From positions 5,009 to 69,008 of the forward strand of contig JBBTXS010000004.1 in the NCBI GenBank assembly GCA_038062115.1: DNA of 64,000 bases, given 5' to 3'. A model generated the notes under the pieces. It searched no databases. It was given only the letters and a program-made list of their open reading frames with translations, and had not been told where the DNA came from. How positions within the stretch are numbered: the first letter of the stretch is position 1; every line of letters starts with the position of its first letter. Both the position numbers and the translations under genes were made by a program. Origin of the DNA: Patescibacteria group bacterium (GTDB lineage: Bacteria; Patescibacteriota; Microgenomatia; Levybacterales; UBA12049). Below are positions 62,557-64,000 of the stretch, one piece after another.

Positions 62557-63425
62557 TAGAGTTTAATTACGATGTAGAATTCATGAATGCTAGGGGTGCA
62601 AAGCCGAAAACGTATCGTATATCTTTTAATCAAGATTATAGGCTTTGGTCTTTGGCGAAAACAATTAAGCTCAATAAAGGACAAATGTTGGATATTGGAT
62701 GCGGTGGAGGGATATTTACAGAAAGCCTTCCTTATTACTTTCCAAACGCGAAAATATTTGGCTGTGATATAAGCAGTACTGCTATAGACTATGCTAAAAA
62801 GTTTGGTAGCGGGAAAATAAAGTATTCCGCATATATAAAAACAAAAAGACTTCCCTATAAAGATAATTTCTTTGATGTTTGTGTCTGTTTAGATGTTCTT
62901 GAGCATGTATCTGATGTGAATTTTTTTTTGAAGGAAGTAAAAAGGGTGCTCAAAAAAAATGGCAAATTTTTCTTAATTGTACCGTGTGAAGGACAACCAT
63001 TCACCCATACGTGGCTATTCCAAAGAATACGTATTGGTCAGAATCTAACTAATCGATGGTTTGGACACATTCATCCCGAGTATACTCACCAATATGTCAT
63101 AGCGCTTCTCAAAAAGTACAGGTTTGATATTAAAGAAACAGCCTACAGCGAACATTTTTTTTATCAGTTTATACACTTATTAATCTTATTTTTGCCAAAG
63201 CGTATATTAGAGATTTTCATTGGGGAAGAAAAGGTACATGAATATAATGCTGCTAGCACTATTAGATCGCCAAAAAGCAAGTTTGACCCTGTTTTTATTG
63301 TTCGAAAATACTGGCTTGCATCTTACAACTTTATGATGAAGTATCCATTGTTTTGGGAAACGGTGCTTTTCAGAAGGATTTCTCAGACAGCATGGAAATT
63401 ACATGTGCTTACAAGTAGAAAATAG
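62553..63425 (+). CDS. Class I SAM-dependent methyltransferase
   Basis: 290 aa. MLDIGCGGGIFTESL...IFGCDIS and FDVCVCLDVLEHV. ATGA overlap. Confidence 0.75.
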   Translation: MIEFNYDVEFMNARGAKPKTYRISFNQDYRLWSLAKTIKLNKGQMLDIGCGGGIFTESLPYYFPNAKIFGCDISSTAIDYAKKFGSGKIKYSAYIKTKRLPYKDNFFDVCVCLDVLEHVSDVNFFLKEVKRVLKKNGKFFLIVPCEGQPFTHTWLFQRIRIGQNLTNRWFGHIHPEYTHQYVIALLKKYRFDIKETAYSEHFFYQFIHLLILFLPKRILEIFIGEEKVHEYNAASTIRSPKSKFDPVFIVRKYWLASYNFMMKYPLFWETVLFRRISQTAWKLHVLTSRK

Positions 63426-63445
63426 AAGTAGAGCAATCGCTGAGG

Positions 63446-64000
63446 CTATAACTTTTTTCCTACGATAATAATGTTAGAAGCAAGCGAGACGATCTGAGAG
63501 AATACCCTATCTATAAATAATAAAAGAGGCGGAAAGGCAAGAAATTCCGCGCCGGCAGTCTTAATAATCTTAAATCCATACAGTCCCAAAAGATCTTTAA
63601 GGGAGCCATGAGTAAAAATTCGTAAATGGCCAAGCGGACTTCTAAGCGAAGTGAATTTTCTTGTAAACTTTAATCCGAGTGTTTTATCAACAGTACTCAC
63701 TTCGGTAAAAAAAGGCTGAAACCCTACCAATAGCAAAATTCGGTTAAACCATGCTGCGAGATTTGGAGTAGCAACAATAAATAATCCGTTTTTTTTTAAT
63801 ACTCGTTTTGCTTCTAAAATAAGGTAATCAGGACTAACAACATGTTCAATAATATGTGAAGCGACAACGATATCAAAATATCCATCAGGATATTCCCATT
63901 TTTTTTCGACATCTCCAAGTCTTGCTTTGACACCGTTTTTTTGAGCAACTTTTACTGCTTCCGGGTTCATATCGAATCCATATACATTATTACCAAATGT
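63446..64000 (-). CDS. Class I SAM-dependent methyltransferase (N-terminus beyond the right edge of the window)
   Basis: The minus-strand frame stays open to nt 64000 (...GNNVYGFDMNPEAVKVAQKNG...FDIVVASHIIEHV). Motif I is presumably outside the window. Confidence 0.65.
   Translation of the reverse strand, partial: TFGNNVYGFDMNPEAVKVAQKNGVKARLGDVEKKWEYPDGYFDIVVASHIIEHVVSPDYLILEAKRVLKKNGLFIVATPNLAAWFNRILLLVGFQPFFTEVSTVDKTLGLKFTRKFTSLRSPLGHLRIFTHGSLKDLLGLYGFKIIKTAGAEFLAFPPLLLFIDRVFSQIVSLASNIIIVGKKL

Overview
This is an AT-rich, tightly packed window, almost entirely on the + strand, with many ATGA/TAATG start-stop overlaps. TGA clearly acts as a stop, so the standard bacterial code applies. I found no rRNA, tRNA or CRISPR array. 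Gene content and style suggest an uncultivated CPR/Patescibacteria-like bacterium, but that is inference only. The window reads as a very large cell-envelope glycosylation locus. (1) From 0.3 to 35 kb there are 17 polytopic GT-C-like membrane proteins from at least six families: DUF2079, a six-member FGFDQ family, GT39/PMT-like, YfhO, a THDG (PTPS-related-like) pair, an FPPxNP pair, GT87-like and PIG-V-like. Small GT2 enzymes of the polyprenyl-phosphate-sugar-synthase type are interleaved. A DNA methyltransferase with a decayed partner ORF interrupts the block. (2) From 31 to 64 kb there is a Wzx-type glycan assembly cluster. It has many GT2/GT4 genes, five SAM methyltransferases and an MBOAT O-acyltransferase pair. 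It also encodes two nucleotide-sugar pathways: a CDP-glucose to 3,6-dideoxyhexose-like route, and the complete GDP-D-glycero-D-manno-heptose route with an HddC-GmhB fusion. (3) The most unusual layer is small selfish or repetitive DNA superimposed on these genes. There are two about 112-bp MITEs with 9-bp target-site duplications and a related MITE carrying a nested palindrome. A further relative sits in-frame inside a CDS. Two 23-nt GC-rich palindromes are each flanked by TAAA duplications, one intergenic and one in-frame. GC-rich palindromic in-frame inserts occupy the same loop of two paralogs. A set of heptanucleotide tandem repeats (AATACTT/AAGTATT, AATTTCC, TGGAAAA, AAATCAC) lies inside seven glycosyltransferase CDSs, with nearly identical blocks at the same codon phase in diverged paralog pairs. 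Small-repeat coordinates were counted by hand and may be off by 1-2 nt.
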